Origin: Mustelus asterias
Taxonomy: Eukaryota
Reading direction: 5' to 3'
DNA: 64,000 bases
Assembly: GCF_964213995.1 (NCBI RefSeq)
Contig: NW_027590427.1
Location: 62,001 to 126,000, forward strand
Positions 47,675-61,049 of the stretch are shown here, in pieces. The first letter of the stretch is position 1; every line of letters begins with the position of its first letter. The translations under genes and the position numbers were made by a program. The notes under the pieces are model-generated. The model did no database searches. It had not been told where the DNA came from and saw only the letters and a program-made list of their open reading frames with translations.

Positions 47675-49341
47675 ACTTGTGAACTCAATGGTGTTTCACC
47701 AAGTTTGCTGACTGAGTGAATCCCTTCCCAGTCAGAGCAGGTGACCAGCCTCTGCCTGGTGTGAACTCACTGGTGGGACACGAGTCCCCGAGAGCTTTTG
47801 AAGCCACGCCCACATTTAAAGGGTCTCTCCTGGGTGTGATGATGTTGTGTCTGGGCAGGCTGGATAACCGAGTAAATCCTTTCGCACACACCGAGCAGGT
47901 GAATGGTTTCTCCCCGGTGTGAACTCACTGGTGTTTCAGCAGTGTTGATGATATTCTAAACCTCCCTGAACAGTGAGAGCAGCTGAACGGCCTCTCCCCG
48001 GTGTGAATGTGCTCGGGGATCATCAGTTCCTGACAGCTTCTGAAGCCGGCCTCTCGGGCAGAGCATTTAAAGGGTCTCTCCTTGGAGTGAGTGGCTTTGT
48101 GTTTCTGCAGGCTGGATGAAGTAGTGAATCCCTTCCCACACACAGAGCAGGGGAATGGTCTCTCCCCAGTGTGAACTCGCTGATGTTCCCACAGGCTGGA
48201 TGACCTTTTAAATCTCTTTGAGCAGTGAGAGCAGCTGAACGGTCTCTCCTCAGTGTGAATGCGCTGGTGGGACACCAGGTCCTGAGAGCTTTTGAATCCG
48301 CTCCCACAGTCAGAGCATTTAAACGGTCTCTCATTAGTGTGAGTGACTTTGTGTCTGCGCAGGTGGGATGAAGTTGTGAATCCCTTCCCACACACAGAGC
48401 AGGTGAATGGTCTCTCCCCGGTGTGAACTCCCTGGTGTTGCCGCAGGTTGGTTGAAGTTCTAAATCTCTTTGAGCAGTGAGAGCAGCTGAACGGTCTCTC
48501 CTCAGTGTGAATGCGCTGGTGGGACACCAGATCCTGAGACCTTTTGAAGCCATTCCCACAGTCAGAGCATTTAAATGGTCTCTCATTGGTGTGAGTGGCT
48601 TTGTGTTTCTGCAGGCTGGATGACCGAGTGAATCCCTTCCCACACACAGAGCAGGTGAACGGTCTTTCCCCTGTGTGAACTCGCTGGTGAATCTGCAGGT
48701 TGGATGAAGTTCTAAATCTCATTGAGCAGTGAGAGCAGCTGAACGGTCTCTCCCCAGTGTGAATGTGCTGGTGGGATACCAGATCCTGAGAACTTCTGAA
48801 TCCGCTCCCACAGTCAGAGCATTTAAACGGTCTCTCATTGGTGTGTGAGATTGTGACTCAGCAGGCTGGATGAATGAGTGAATCCCTTCCCACACACAGA
48901 GCAGGTGAACGGTCTCTCCCCAGTGTGAACTCGCTGGTGTATCCGCAGGTCGGATGAAGTTCTAAATCTCTTTGAGCAGTGAGAGCAGCTGAACGGTCTC
49001 TCCTCAGTGTGAATGCGCTGGTGGGACACCAGTTCCCCAGAGCTTTTGAAACCACTCCCACAGTCAGAGCATTTAAATAGTCTCTCATTGGTGTGAGTGA
49101 GATTGTGTTTCTGCAGGCTGGATAACTGACTGAATCCCTTCCCACACACAGAGCAGGTGAATGGCCTCTCCCCAGTGTGAAGTCGTTGGTGTCTCTGCAG
49201 ATTAGGTAAGTCAGTGAATCCCTTCCCACACACAGAGCAGGTGAACGGTCTCTCCCCAGTGTGACTGCGTCGATGAATTTCCAGCAGAGATGGGAACCTG
49301 AATCCCTTCCCACAGTTCCCACATTTCCATGGTTTCTCCAT
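47675..49341 (-). pseudogene. Long C2H2 ZNF gene B (15 canonical plus degenerate 3' fingers) with a 2-bp frameshift after finger 6; could encode a 6-finger protein
   Basis: ORFs 48835-49377 and 47925-48722 lie in different frames; lesion cacaatctcacacaccaat at ~48840; start caccATGG at 49341; acceptor at 49691. Confidence 0.82.
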
Positions 49342-52300
49342 GGTGTGGGTGTCCTTGTGACTCTCCAGGTTAAACAATCAGTTAAATCTGACACAGAACA
49401 CGGGTACAGTCTCTCCGCGCTGTGAATGCTGCGATGTATTTTCAGGCTATGTAACTGGTTAAAGCTCTTTCCACACTCAGTGCACTGGAACACTCTCACT
49501 CGGGTGTGTGTATCTCAGTGCATTTCTAGTCACAGCGATGTTTACAATCTTTTGAAGCCAAGAGGCCAAACAAACATTTCTCCTGCTAGATTCAAAGGCC
49601 GATGATATTCAGGTCCCAAGAAATCGAGTCACTCTGTCAGATCTCGATGTGATGTTGGAGATTTCTGTCTGATTTCTCCTTGTCTAATATCCTGTAAGTC
49701 AATTTAGAAAAAAAAATATCGCAATTCAGAATATGATCGAAATTCAAATCTACATTTCTAGTTTCTATGGAGCATTCATTAAAGACACAGTCATGGAGCA
49801 TTAAACTTGCCCAGCAGGGTGTGTATCAGCACACAGGCAGCTGCTTTGTGAGACTGCCGGCAGTACAGACAAGTCAGAGATAAGGGTGTCCTCAGAAATG
49901 GGATTCATTGTGAAAGCTCAGGGACGGTTGATAAGATGCAGCAATTCTATGATTCTAATGAACATTCTTTCCTCTCTCATTCCCCAAAAGCCGTAAATCT
50001 CCATCCCACACACTCTCCCTCCATTCTCACTCTGCTGTATCTAATATTCACCCTCCCAATTCTCCTGAAGGTGCTGATTGAGGCTGATTGACAGATCCAT
50101 GTTCACTGCTTCCTGTCCAGCACAGAAATCAGAACAAATAGGAGCTGCAGTCAGCATTCGGCCCATCGAGTCTGCTCAACCATTCATTGAGATTATTGGT
50201 TGATCTACCTCTGCATTATTTTCCCCACACTGTCCCCCATATCCATCGATATCTTCAATATCTAGAAACCTATCAATCCCTCTCTTGAAAATTCTTGATG
50301 ACTGAGGCTCTATAGTCCTCTGGGGTAGAGAATCCAAAACATCACCACGTCCTTGAGTGAAGAAATCCTTCCTCATCTGAGCTTTCTCTCCATTTTCCAG
50401 CCTGTTCCCAATAATTATTGACTCCCTTATCATTCAAAAACTGTCTAACTCATCCTTGAATATATTCAATCCCTCCACTGGTCCCTATGGAAGAGAAATC
50501 TAGATACTAACAATTCTCTGAGGGAAGAGATTGTTGGAAATATATAATATAGCTGCAGTCCAAAATTACACAGCCAGATATAATAAGTGTATTTTATTAC
50601 AGAGCTTTTAATAATATATCTAATCTGTACCATATAACAACAGGGGAGTTGGTAGTCTCGTGGTATTATCGCTAGACTATTAATCCAGAAACTGAGCTGA
50701 TGTTCTGGGGACCCAGGTTTGAATCCTGCCACGGCAGATGGTGGAATTTGAATTTAAAAACAAAATCTGGAATTCAGAATCTACTGATGAACATGAAACC
50801 ATTGTCGATTGACCAAAAAACCCATCTGGTTCATTAATGTGCTTTAGGGAAGGAAATCTGCCGTCCTTACCCAGTCTGGCCTACATGTGACTCCAGAGCC
50901 ACAGCAATGTGGTTGACTCTCAACCATCCTCTGAAATGGCCCAGCGAGCCACTCAGTTCAAGGGCAATTAGGGATGGGCAATAAATGCTGGCCCAGCCGG
51001 CAATGCCCGTGTCCCAAGGATGAATAAAAAAAAACATCAGACACGTCTCTGTCCGATATTAGTTTACTGTCCCCTTTAATATATTTCAGAAATTAGATGG
51101 GCACGTGAAGGAAATAAACTTGCAGGGGAAAGGGAATATAGAAAGGGAATGGGACTGACTGGATTGTTCTACAGAGAGTCAGCATGGATTCGAGTTACTG
51201 AATGGACTCCTTCTGTGCTGTAATGACTCGATGAGTGGAAATATATAACATAGCTTCAGTGCTCCATTACAAAACGAGAAATAATAATAAATGTACTTTG
51301 TTACAGAACCATAAATAATATATCAAATCTACAATGTAACAACACAAGGCATATCTCTGCCCTATATTAATTTATTGTTCTTTTAAATGTCAGCCATCCC
51401 CTGGGGAAACCAGCCCTTTAATTGTGAACATTAGAAAAGGGACCTTTCAGCCAGACAAATCAATGTGTCAAGCTGAGGGAGCAAAGGATGTCGATGTCTT
51501 TAAGAGAAATTGCAGTGTTAAAATAAGCCTTACTTGTGACTAATAAATAAACTTTAATATACACCCACCCAATTCTCCTGAAGGTGCTAATTAATGCTGA
51601 TTGACACTCACCATTTCATGTTCCTGACAGATCATAAGAAATAGTTAGAAATTCAGCCCACCAAGCTGCTCAATTGAATTTTTTTCATTCATTCATGGGA
51701 TATGGATGTTGCTGGCTGGCCAGCATTTATTATCCATCCCTAGTTGCTCTTGGAGGGCAGTTGCAAGTCAACCACATTGTTGTGGCTTTGGAGTCACATG
51801 TTGGCCAGACCAGTTAAGGATGGCAGATTTCATTCCCTGAAGGACATTAGTGAACCAGATAGGTTTATCCGACAATCAAAAGGGTTTCATGGTCATCAGT
51901 AATTTCTTAATTCCAGATATTTTTTATTGAATTCAAATTCCACCAAGCTGCTATGGGGTGGGATTGTTGTTGGTGCAGACTCGATGGGCTGAATGGCCTC
52001 CCTCTGTACTGTAGGATTTCTATGATTCTATGGCAGGATTCAAACCCGGGTCCCCAGAACATTAGCTGAGTTTCTGATTAATAGTCCAGCAATAATACCA
52101 CAAGGCCATCGTCTCCCCATCAAGATCATGGCTGATTTGATGTTATCTTAACTCCACTTTTCTTCCTGTCACCCTTGACTCCCTTTTCGATCAAAAATCT
52201 CTCTGTATTTTGAGTATATTTAATGATGCAGCCTCCACTGCTCTCTGGGGAAGAGAATTGCAAAGACTAACGGCCCTCTGAGGGAAGACATTTCTCCTCC

Positions 52301-55300
52301 TCACCATCAGAAATGGGGGACCCTTTATTTTGACAATTTGCCGACTAATTCTGGAATCCCCAACATTGGAAACATCCTCTCTTCATCTATACTAATCACT
52401 ACCTCACAATCTGATGTCAATACTATGATCACCTCTAAACTCCAGTCAGTACAGGCCCAACCTTTCCTCACAAAACAATGCCTTCATCCCAGCTATCAGC
52501 CTGCAGATCCTTCTCTGAACTGACAATGACAGAGAGGTGATCAGGGAGGGCAGGGGTGAAACAAAGCAATGGATGGACATGGATTCAGATCCAGAGTAAC
52601 GGAGTCACACCAGCCCCAAAGACGTGGAACCAGAGTACAGATAACAGAGCACAGCAGGAAAATTCAAAATTATAGGTAAATGTTCAATAATACTCACCTC
52701 TGAAACAATTTCACTGTTTTCTAATTTGAAACCTGCAGCTGGAAAGATGTCAGAAGCACTGGAATCAGAGAAAAATTGCAATCTTCAAATATTCTAACTC
52801 CCTGCAAAAGGAGATTAAAAGAGTCACGTGTTAATTGTGGCTTGAAATTAAGAGATACACATTTTTGGGGGGTTTGAGATTGCTTGAAAATCCTCTTCTT
52901 CTAACCAAGGAGATTCCAAAATCACAGAATTTCTGCAGTGCTGAAGGAGGTCTTTTAGGTCATTGAGTCTGCATCAAGTTTCTAACAGACCCTTTACTCA
53001 GACCCTATCCCTGTAACCTGATGTACGTACATCACTAATCCTCCCCTTTCCTCCCCCCTCATCTTGGGACACAGAGGGACAATTTAGCACTGTTGATCAA
53101 CCTAACCTGCACATCTTTGGAGTGTGGGAGGAAACCAGAGCACCCGGAGGAAACCCACACAGACAGAGGGAGAGTGTGCAAACTCCATACAGACAATCAC
53201 CCGAGGCTGGAATTGAACCGGGTCTCTGGCGCTATGAGACAGAACTGCTAACCACTGTGTCACCCCCAACAGTCATTTGTCAGTCCTGAATATAAATCCA
53301 TAACATTCTCCCCTCCTGTTTTCTAGCATAAGATTTCTTAAGATGGAATATACTTACATTGGAAACAATTCAGACAAGGTTCACTCGCTGATTTTGGGCA
53401 TGAAGGGGTCAGTTTTATGAGGAAAGGTTCGGCAGGGTGCATCTATGCTCGTTGGATTTTAGATAAATGAGATGTGATCTTACTGAAACATATGAGATTC
53501 TGAAGGTGCTTGACAGAGTGAATGCTGAAAGGGTTTACCCCTCAACACGGAATCTGGAACTGCGAGAACAATTTAAAAATAATGATCTAAGACAGAGATG
53601 AGGAGAAATTGCTTCTCTCAGAAGTTCAGTAAGCTGTGAAATTCTCTCCCTCATTGAACAATAGAGGCCGGCTCATTGAGTATATTCAAAGCTGTGTTAT
53701 TTACAATTTTACCTACCAGGAGGTGATGAGTTAGAGAGGTTGAGGCTGGAGGAAAATTGAGTTAAGCCATGTGTTTACTGAATGGCGGAGCAGCCTCGAT
53801 GGGTCTAGATGCCCCCTCCTGCTCCTAATTTTGATCATGTTTTTGTTCTGTTATTCGAATGGCCGCACATTCCCCCTGCAGCACCTTCCCCCGGGAAAGG
53901 CAGCATCCATGAACCCGGCCTGTCAGTCAATGACTCAAACATTGTCTCTCCTGGTCACCCAAATCCTGAAGCTCCGCCCACTGACCGCGCATGCGCTCTG
54001 CTCCCCGCTAAACAAAGATGGCGGCCACGGCACTGGGCCTGATCCCAGATAAAATCCCCGGAGCTGCAAACCCGGGACCGGAAGGCTCTTATTCAGGCCT
54101 TGCGGCCTACAGCAGATGTTCATGAAGCCTCTGCTCCCTCCCCACCCCGACTCCATTCCTCCGGCCGCCCTACCGATTCTCACCCCTTGAAACAAGTGTC
54201 TCCCGCACTCGCAGGCCTCCGAGCAAAGTGACACTGCGCATGCCCCAGATACAGCGCTGCGCCTGCGCACTGGGCTCCTGTGGAGTGAGTAGGGCACTTT
54301 CACACCCGCAGCGAATGCTGGGTAATAACCGCCATTGAAACCTCATACAATTAATTCATAATAACATTGTTCGCATTTGAGGTAAATTAATGAAATATTG
54401 AGAATTGGTGATCTCCTGTGCTCCATTTCTCAAAGTTCTGCTGCAGGACCATGCAATGGTTTCAAAGCTTTCACACCGTTTCCCTCTCACTCCTCCCTTT
54501 ATGGTGCTGATTCTGGCTGGGTTCAATCGCACAGTCACTGGTTCTTCTCTCTGTCCCTGATACTGAATATTCACTGTTTTAGAGAATGATACAGCATAAA
54601 TAGAAATCATTTGGCCCATTATGTCTCTGCTGGCTCTCTGGAAGATCTATCCAATTAATTCCACAGCCCAGCTGGTAGAGTCAGAACAATGCGGGAGGGT
54701 CGTGGGGATCCCAATCAGACCAAATCATTTTATCATAAAAGTGAAATACTGTGGATGCTGGAATCTGAAAAAAACCCAGAAAATGCTGGAAAATCTCAGC
54801 GGGTCTGATAGCATCTGTGGAGAGAGAATAGAGCCAATATTTCGAATCAAGATGTCCCTTCATAAGAGCTCTTACGAAGTGTCATTCAGACTCAAAACGT
54901 TGGCTCTATTCTCTAATTATTTTATCAATATGTTTCTTGTTCTTAGTTTCCAAATGGCAGGTAAGAGACCTCTCCGGTCCCCACTTGAGCTCTGATTTTT
55001 CACTGACCATGCTTGGGTAGGATTATAACCATTATAATCTACGCTCAGAGGTCCGCTTTTCAGTCCAGTGCTACTTGGAGTATACCGTCACCTCGCCGAC
55101 TATCGGGTCACAAGTCCCTCACAGTTCTTATCACAAATTTATGATGAAATAATTTAAACAATGCCTGAGAACGCTTCTTCACTTCTTAACCGACTCCCTA
55201 CCATGGTTTGTTGATTGGTCAGACCCTCTTTTTACAAATTCGGGTATATCAGCTGCTGAACACCAGCCGGTGTTTTGGAATAAGTTTAATTCTAACTCAT

Positions 55301-56340
55301 TCTGAGTAAATATTCCCACCACGTCCTCTATCGGGGCCCTGCTAAGCAGCTTTAATGGTCCGTGATTGCAGAAACTGAGCAGCCACAGGAATGTGGTCAA
55401 GATAGTCCAGTCCCATAATGCCTCATATTCAATCTGCAGTCCTTCAATTATAACAGAATATGTGGCTGTATGTAGCTGCCTCGGCCGTGGTCAACCCCAA
55501 CACTGCCTTCTTGAACTGCTACAATGCCTGAGGTGTAAGTACACCCACAGTCCTGTTAGGGAGGGTTTTCCAGCGACACATTCCAGACTTTCACCAGAAT
55601 GAAGGTGGATACCAGATTGTCTATTCCATTCAACCACACCCAAGGTGAGTTATTCAAATTCCTTGATTGTCCAGGACAATATATTCACAATATCTTTAAA
55701 TCAGAAATTAAACATTCCCATTTGATTTCAGGCATTAACATATTCTATTAGTTTGTTCCTTATTGTCAATGTCAGGCTGGGGTTCTCCTTGGAACAAAGG
55801 AGGTTGAGGGAGATTTGATAGAGGTGGACAAGATTCTGACAGGTTTAGATAAGGTGGACAAAGAAAAGCTGTTCCCATTAGCTGATGAGACAAGGACGAG
55901 GGGGACACAGATTTAAGGTTTTGGGTCAGAGATGCAGGGGGGGGAATGTGAGGGAGAATATTTTGATGCAGCGAATGGTAATGTTCTGGAAATCGCTGCC
56001 TACGAGGGTGGAGAAAGTGGAGACAACAAACTATTGCAAAGGAAATTCGATTGGCATTCAGGCGGTGTTTCAATTAGAAATGCTGACTCAACATGTCTTA
56101 ACTTCCGATCGCCCGGTCACTCTGTGATCCATGTGAAATTTGAAACCAGGTATTCGTAACAAGACTCAGCCCACTGGAGGCAAAGTCGTGAGACCGGCCA
56201 GTCCAGCAGAAAGAACCCCTCCGACCCTCCCCATTGACCAACTGGGAAAATGAACAAAATGCAGTCCTGGATGTAACTGAGAGCAGAAACAATGACAGCA
56301 GAATCCAACCTCTGGAATCACTTGTGAATTGGTTGGTGTC

Positions 56341-56991
56341 TCAGCAGGTGGGATGAAGTTCTGAAACTCTTCCCACGCTGAGAGCAAATGAATGGCCTCC
56401 CCCAGTGTGAACTCGCTGGTGTCTCCGCAGGCTGGATGACTGAGTGAATCCCTTCCCACACTGAGAGCAGGTGAATGGTTTCTCCCCAGTGTGAACTCGC
56501 TGGTGTGTCTGCAGGTCGGATAATTGAGTGAATCCCTTTAAACACTGAGAGCAAGTGAACAGCTTCTCCCCAGTGTGAACTCGCTGGTGTCTCCGCAGGG
56601 CGGATGACTGAGTGAATCCGTCCCCACACTGAGAGCAGGTGAATGGTCTCTCCCCAGTGTGAATTCGCTGGTGTCCCCGCAGGCTGGATAAGTCAGTGAA
56701 TCCCTTCCCACACACAGAGCAGGTGAACGGTCTCTCCCCAGTGTGAACTCGCTGGTGCGTTTGCAGGTGGGATGTCTGAGTGAATCTCTTCCCACACTGA
56801 GAGCAGGTGAACGGCCTCTCCCCAGTGTGAACTCGCTGGTGTGTCCGCAGATTCGATAACTGACCGAATCCCTTGCCACACACACAGCAAGTGAATGGTC
56901 TCTCCCCAGTGTGACTGCGTCGATGAGCTTCCAGCTGAGATGGGGAAATGAATCCCTTCCCACAGTCCCCACATTTCCACAGTTTCTCCAT
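56341..56991 (-). CDS. Poly-C2H2 ZNF protein, 7 fingers; arm paralogue of 24022-24840 with the same terminal frameshift
   Basis: Lacks fingers 3 and 8 of the left-arm copy; caccATGG start. Confidence 0.8.
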   Translation of the reverse strand: MEKLWKCGDCGKGFISPSQLEAHRRSHTGERPFTCCVCGKGFGQLSNLRTHQRVHTGERPFTCSQCGKRFTQTSHLQTHQRVHTGERPFTCSVCGKGFTDLSSLRGHQRIHTGERPFTCSQCGDGFTQSSALRRHQRVHTGEKLFTCSQCLKGFTQLSDLQTHQRVHTGEKPFTCSQCGKGFTQSSSLRRHQRVHTGGGHSFALSVGRVSELHPTC

Positions 56992-57789
56992 GGTGTGGGT
57001 GTCCTTGTGACTCTCCAGGTTAAACAAGCAGTTAAATCTCACACAGAACACAGGTACAGTCTCTCCCACTGTGAATGCTGCGATGTATTTTCAGGCAATG
57101 TAACTGGTTAAAGCTCTTTCCACACTCAGTGCACTGGAACACTCTCACTCAGCTGTGAATGTGTCTCGGTGCTTTTCAAGTCACACAAATGATTAAAGTT
57201 TTTGAAGCACAGAACAGAGAAACATTTCTCCTTTGAGAAACAAAGGTCGAAATATTCAGGTCCCGATGAATTGAGTGAGGATGTCAGATGTTGATGTGAC
57301 GTTTGGTTTGAAATTTGTCTGTAAATCCTCCCCTTCAAATATCCTGTAAAAAGAATTTACAAAAGTGATCAGTGTCAGCACAGGATAGAAATTCAGGACA
57401 ATTCTAGTTTCTCTGGAACATTCTTTCCTCTCTCATTCCCCAAAAGCTGTGAATCTCCATCCCACACACTCTCCCTCCATTCTCACTCTGCTGTATCTAA
57501 TATTCACCCTCCCAATTCTCCTGAAGGTGCTGATTGAGGCTGATTGACAGATCCATAGAACACAGAACATAGAACATTACAGCGCAGTACAGGCCCTTCG
57601 GCCCTCGAACAAAGAACAATACAGCACAGGAACAGGCCCTTCGGCCCTTTATTCCCCGTGATGAATTCTCCCATTTCTAACATTTTGTCAATCATTTTCT
57701 CTTTATATATCTATAGAAACTTTTACAGTCAGTTTTTATGTTCCTGCCAGCTTACTTTCATACTCCATTTTTCCCTGGGAGTGGGTGTT

Positions 57790-58280
57790 TCAAACCTGTT
57801 GCTCAGTTTGCGATGCTTTCCGGTCACGAGGACCCGGTTGGGAGCAGAAAACGCTGAAGCCCCGCCCACTCACTGTTGCGTCACCAAGACACCAGCGCAT
57901 GCGCTCTGCTCCCTGCTGAATCAAGATGGCGGCTGTTAACCTGAGTCTCATCTCGAGAAAAAGACCTGAAGCTGCAAACACGGGACTTGCGGATTACTAT
58001 TAGAGGTTTGAGACCTTCACCAGATATTTAGAAACCCTCTCCGTCCATCTGCCGGTTCCAATCCTCCCTCCATGTCTCCGCATCCTTACCGGTTGCTGAT
58101 GAGACAGAGGAACGTCTCTCCCCATTGCCATCATCCACGCTGCACATGCGCCAAACACGGCCTGACTGCGCATGTGCACCTCTTTCCCGTGCTGTGGATA
58201 GGGAACATTCCCCACCGCGAGGAATGTTGGGTAAAGCGCACGCCATCGAAATTCCTCATTTAGGAACGGTGAGCTTTTTC
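57790..58280. promoter_or_regulatory. Bidirectional CpG promoter (mirror of 22430-22920) between the 56341 (-) and 60180 (+) genes
   Basis: aagatggcggc (YY1), NRF1 motifs and donor aacg|gtgagc at ~58269. Confidence 0.75.
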
Positions 58281-58351
58281 TGTTGCGATGTGAAAATTAG
58301 GGATACGGGTGCAGTCAATAACATTAGGAATCAAATTATACTGTAACCTAT

Positions 58352-58677
58352 GCGGCACGGTAGCACAGTGGTTAGCACTGCTGCTTCACAGCTCCAAGGA
58401 CCTGGGTTCGAATCCCGGATCGGGTCACTGTCTGTGTGGAGTTTGCACATTCTCCTTGTGTCTGTGTGGGTTTCTTCCCACAGTCCAAAGATGTGCAGGT
58501 TAGGATGATTGGCCATTCTAAAAATTGCCCGTTAGTGTCCTGAGATGCGTAGGTTAGAGGGATTAGCGGGTAAAATATGTAGGAAGATGGGGGTCGGGCC
58601 TGGGTGGGATTGTGGTTGGTGCAGACTCGATGGGCTGAATGGCCTCTTTCTGCACTGTAGGGTTTCTATGATTTCTA
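58352..58677 (+). mobile_element. Full-length HE1-like SINE
   Basis: Mirror of 22038-22363. Confidence 0.9.
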
Positions 58678-60179
58678 AGTACTCAAGGCATTCATTATCC
58701 AACAGAAAGTAGGGGAATGGAAATTCTCAACTGAAGTATCTGAAATTGATACATAATGAGGGGGAAGTCGAACTGTATCTTTAATGAACATGAACACGCA
58801 AAAATGGAACTTGACAACTTTTAAACAGCGCATCCTCTTGACACAGAAATGTCATAATGGGAAATGTGTCTGATGGATAGAGTGGTTTCTGGGGCACATG
58901 GGATTGTAGGATCCACGGCCCCATTAAACAGCAGCTATTGGTCTGTGTTTTATTCGAGGAGCATCAGTGACTGCAACATTAATTCTGTTTCTGTCTCCAT
59001 TGATGCTGTCTAACCTGATGAGTATTTACAACGTTTTCTCTTTTCATTTCAGATTTCCAGCAGCTGCAGTGTTTTGATTTTGTTTAGTTGAAGGCGTTGC
59101 TCATGGAACCGACTCTAGAAACAAACGGACCATTTAAAGCTGTGTTTCAAGTAAGGAAAAAGTAGTTCTGTCGGGGATTTTCATTAAATTTTCATTTAGA
59201 AAATTTTCAAATTAATAACTGGAACATGGACATTACTGGAATTACCAGCAATTGGCTAAACCTCCTTTGACAGCAGCTTCCAAAACTACAAACCTCTTCT
59301 CCAATATGGATAAGGGCAGTTTGTGCACAGAAACCCCACTACCTGCATTTACTCTTCAGAATCACACACTATTCTGACTTGGTAGTTCACTGCTCTGCCT
59401 TCACAATCACTCGGCCAAAATCCTAAAACTTATTTCTGAGCAACATAGTACAGTGGCACAGGGTGGCACAGTGGTCAACACTGCTGTTTCACAGCACCAG
59501 GGACCCGACTTCGATTCCAGCTTTGGGTGACTGTGTGGAGTTTGCATGTTCTCCTTGTGACTGCATGAGTTTCCTTTAGGTGCTCCGGTTTCCTCCCACA
59601 CCCCAAAGGTGTGCAGGTTAGGTGGATTGACCAGGCTAAATTGCCCCTTAAATGCAGGAGGTTACAGGTTACCTCAGGATTACAAGTTGTTTTGAGATTG
59701 AAAGCGACATTTGGAGGTGATAGTTTTCCTGCGTCCTTTGAGTTGGTGAAGGTTGTGGTTTGGCAGGTTCTGTCAAAGTTCTTGTCCAGTTGTCGATGTA
59801 TAAAGTCCTTTCCGTTCATTCCCTCCCTGTTTCATCTCTATCTTTCTCCTCCCATTAAGGTTGAATTCTTGTGTAGATCTGGACTGGGTGGCAGGTTTCC
59901 TGAATTGAAGGACATTAATAAACCATTTGAGTTTTTAATCACAATCCAGCAGCTTTCGTGGTCACTTTTTCCTTGTGCCGGCTCCACAAATTACCGGATT
60001 CATTCAGCTCAATTTCACAACCTACCTTTGTGTTTATCACTGTTTTTTCTCCTTTTTGAATTAATTTTACAGCATATTGGAAGAGGAGGATTTGTAGGTG
60101 GGAAACTCAGATCAAACATCACATCAGGATCTGACAGACACCCAATTCATCAGGGCCTGAACATCATCGACTTCTGAAC

Positions 60180-61049
60180 ATGGAATCAAAAAGCACCGTT
60201 CACAATGGGGAGAAGGTGTTTACATGTTCTGTGTGTGGACGAGGTTTCAGTCGCTCATCAAACCTGTCAAAACACAAGTGCTGTCCCACTGGGGAGAAAC
60301 CGTGGAAATGTGGAGACTGTGGGAAGGGATTTGATTACCCATCTGAGTTACATATTCATCACCGCAGTCACACTGGGGAGAGGCCATTCACTTGCTCTGT
60401 GTGTCAGAAAGGATTCACTAAATCATCCCACCTTCGAAGACACCGGCATGTTCACACTGGGGAGAGACCATTTACCTGCTCTGTCTGTGGGAAAGAGTTC
60501 ACAAACTCATCCCACCTCCTGTCACACCATCGAATCCACAGTGAGGAGAGACCTTTCCAATGTTCTGACTGTGAGAAAAACTATAAAAGGAAAAATGATC
60601 TGTTGAACCATAAACGCACTCACACTGGGGAGAGACTGTTCCCCTGCTCCGTGTGTGGGAAGGGATTCACCCGTTCATTCGACCTACTGACACACCAACT
60701 TGTTCATACTGATAAGAGACTGTTTAAATGTCCTGACTGTGAGAAGTACTTTAAAAGCCAGATGGATCTGCTGATGCACCAACTCACTCACACCAGGGAG
60801 AGGCCCTTCACCTGCTTTTTCTGTGGCAAAGGCTTCACTTGGATGTCCAACCTACTTAATCACCAAAGGAGTCACACTGGGGAGAGGCCGTTCATCTGCT
60901 CAGTGTGTGGGAAGGGATTCACTCAGTCGTCCACCCTGCTGACACACCAGCGAGTTCACACCGGGGAGAGGCCATTTCCTTGCTCAGTGTGTGGAAAGAG
61001 ATTCAGTCGTTCATCCACACAGCTGAGGCACCAGCGAGTTCACAAGTAA
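60180..61049 (+). CDS. KRAB-less poly-C2H2 ZNF protein (type II), 9 canonical plus 1 atypical finger
   Basis: Intact 289-aa ORF starting aacATGG (MESKSTVH); acceptor ttttacag at 60072. Confidence 0.9.
   Translation: MESKSTVHNGEKVFTCSVCGRGFSRSSNLSKHKCCPTGEKPWKCGDCGKGFDYPSELHIHHRSHTGERPFTCSVCQKGFTKSSHLRRHRHVHTGERPFTCSVCGKEFTNSSHLLSHHRIHSEERPFQCSDCEKNYKRKNDLLNHKRTHTGERLFPCSVCGKGFTRSFDLLTHQLVHTDKRLFKCPDCEKYFKSQMDLLMHQLTHTRERPFTCFFCGKGFTWMSNLLNHQRSHTGERPFICSVCGKGFTQSSTLLTHQRVHTGERPFPCSVCGKRFSRSSTQLRHQRVHK

Larger units (their letters stand above)
45320..51509 (+). repeat. Segmental duplication copy B (direct repeat of 254-6905)
   Basis: See copy A; lacks the internal tandem duplication and the promoter of A. 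Confidence 0.95.
51254..60073. repeat. Right arm of the large inverted duplication (partner 20574-29934)
   Basis: Reverse-complement match from cttcagtgctcc (51254) to ttaattttacagc (60073). Confidence 0.97.

Noticed and set aside
49520-49580. Conserved upstream TGA (TGA-CTAG here, TGA-CTGG elsewhere) as a read-through or selenocysteine codon extending the N-terminus
   Set aside because: An in-frame TAA precedes it in several copies, and frameshifts or a transposon separate it from the main ORF.
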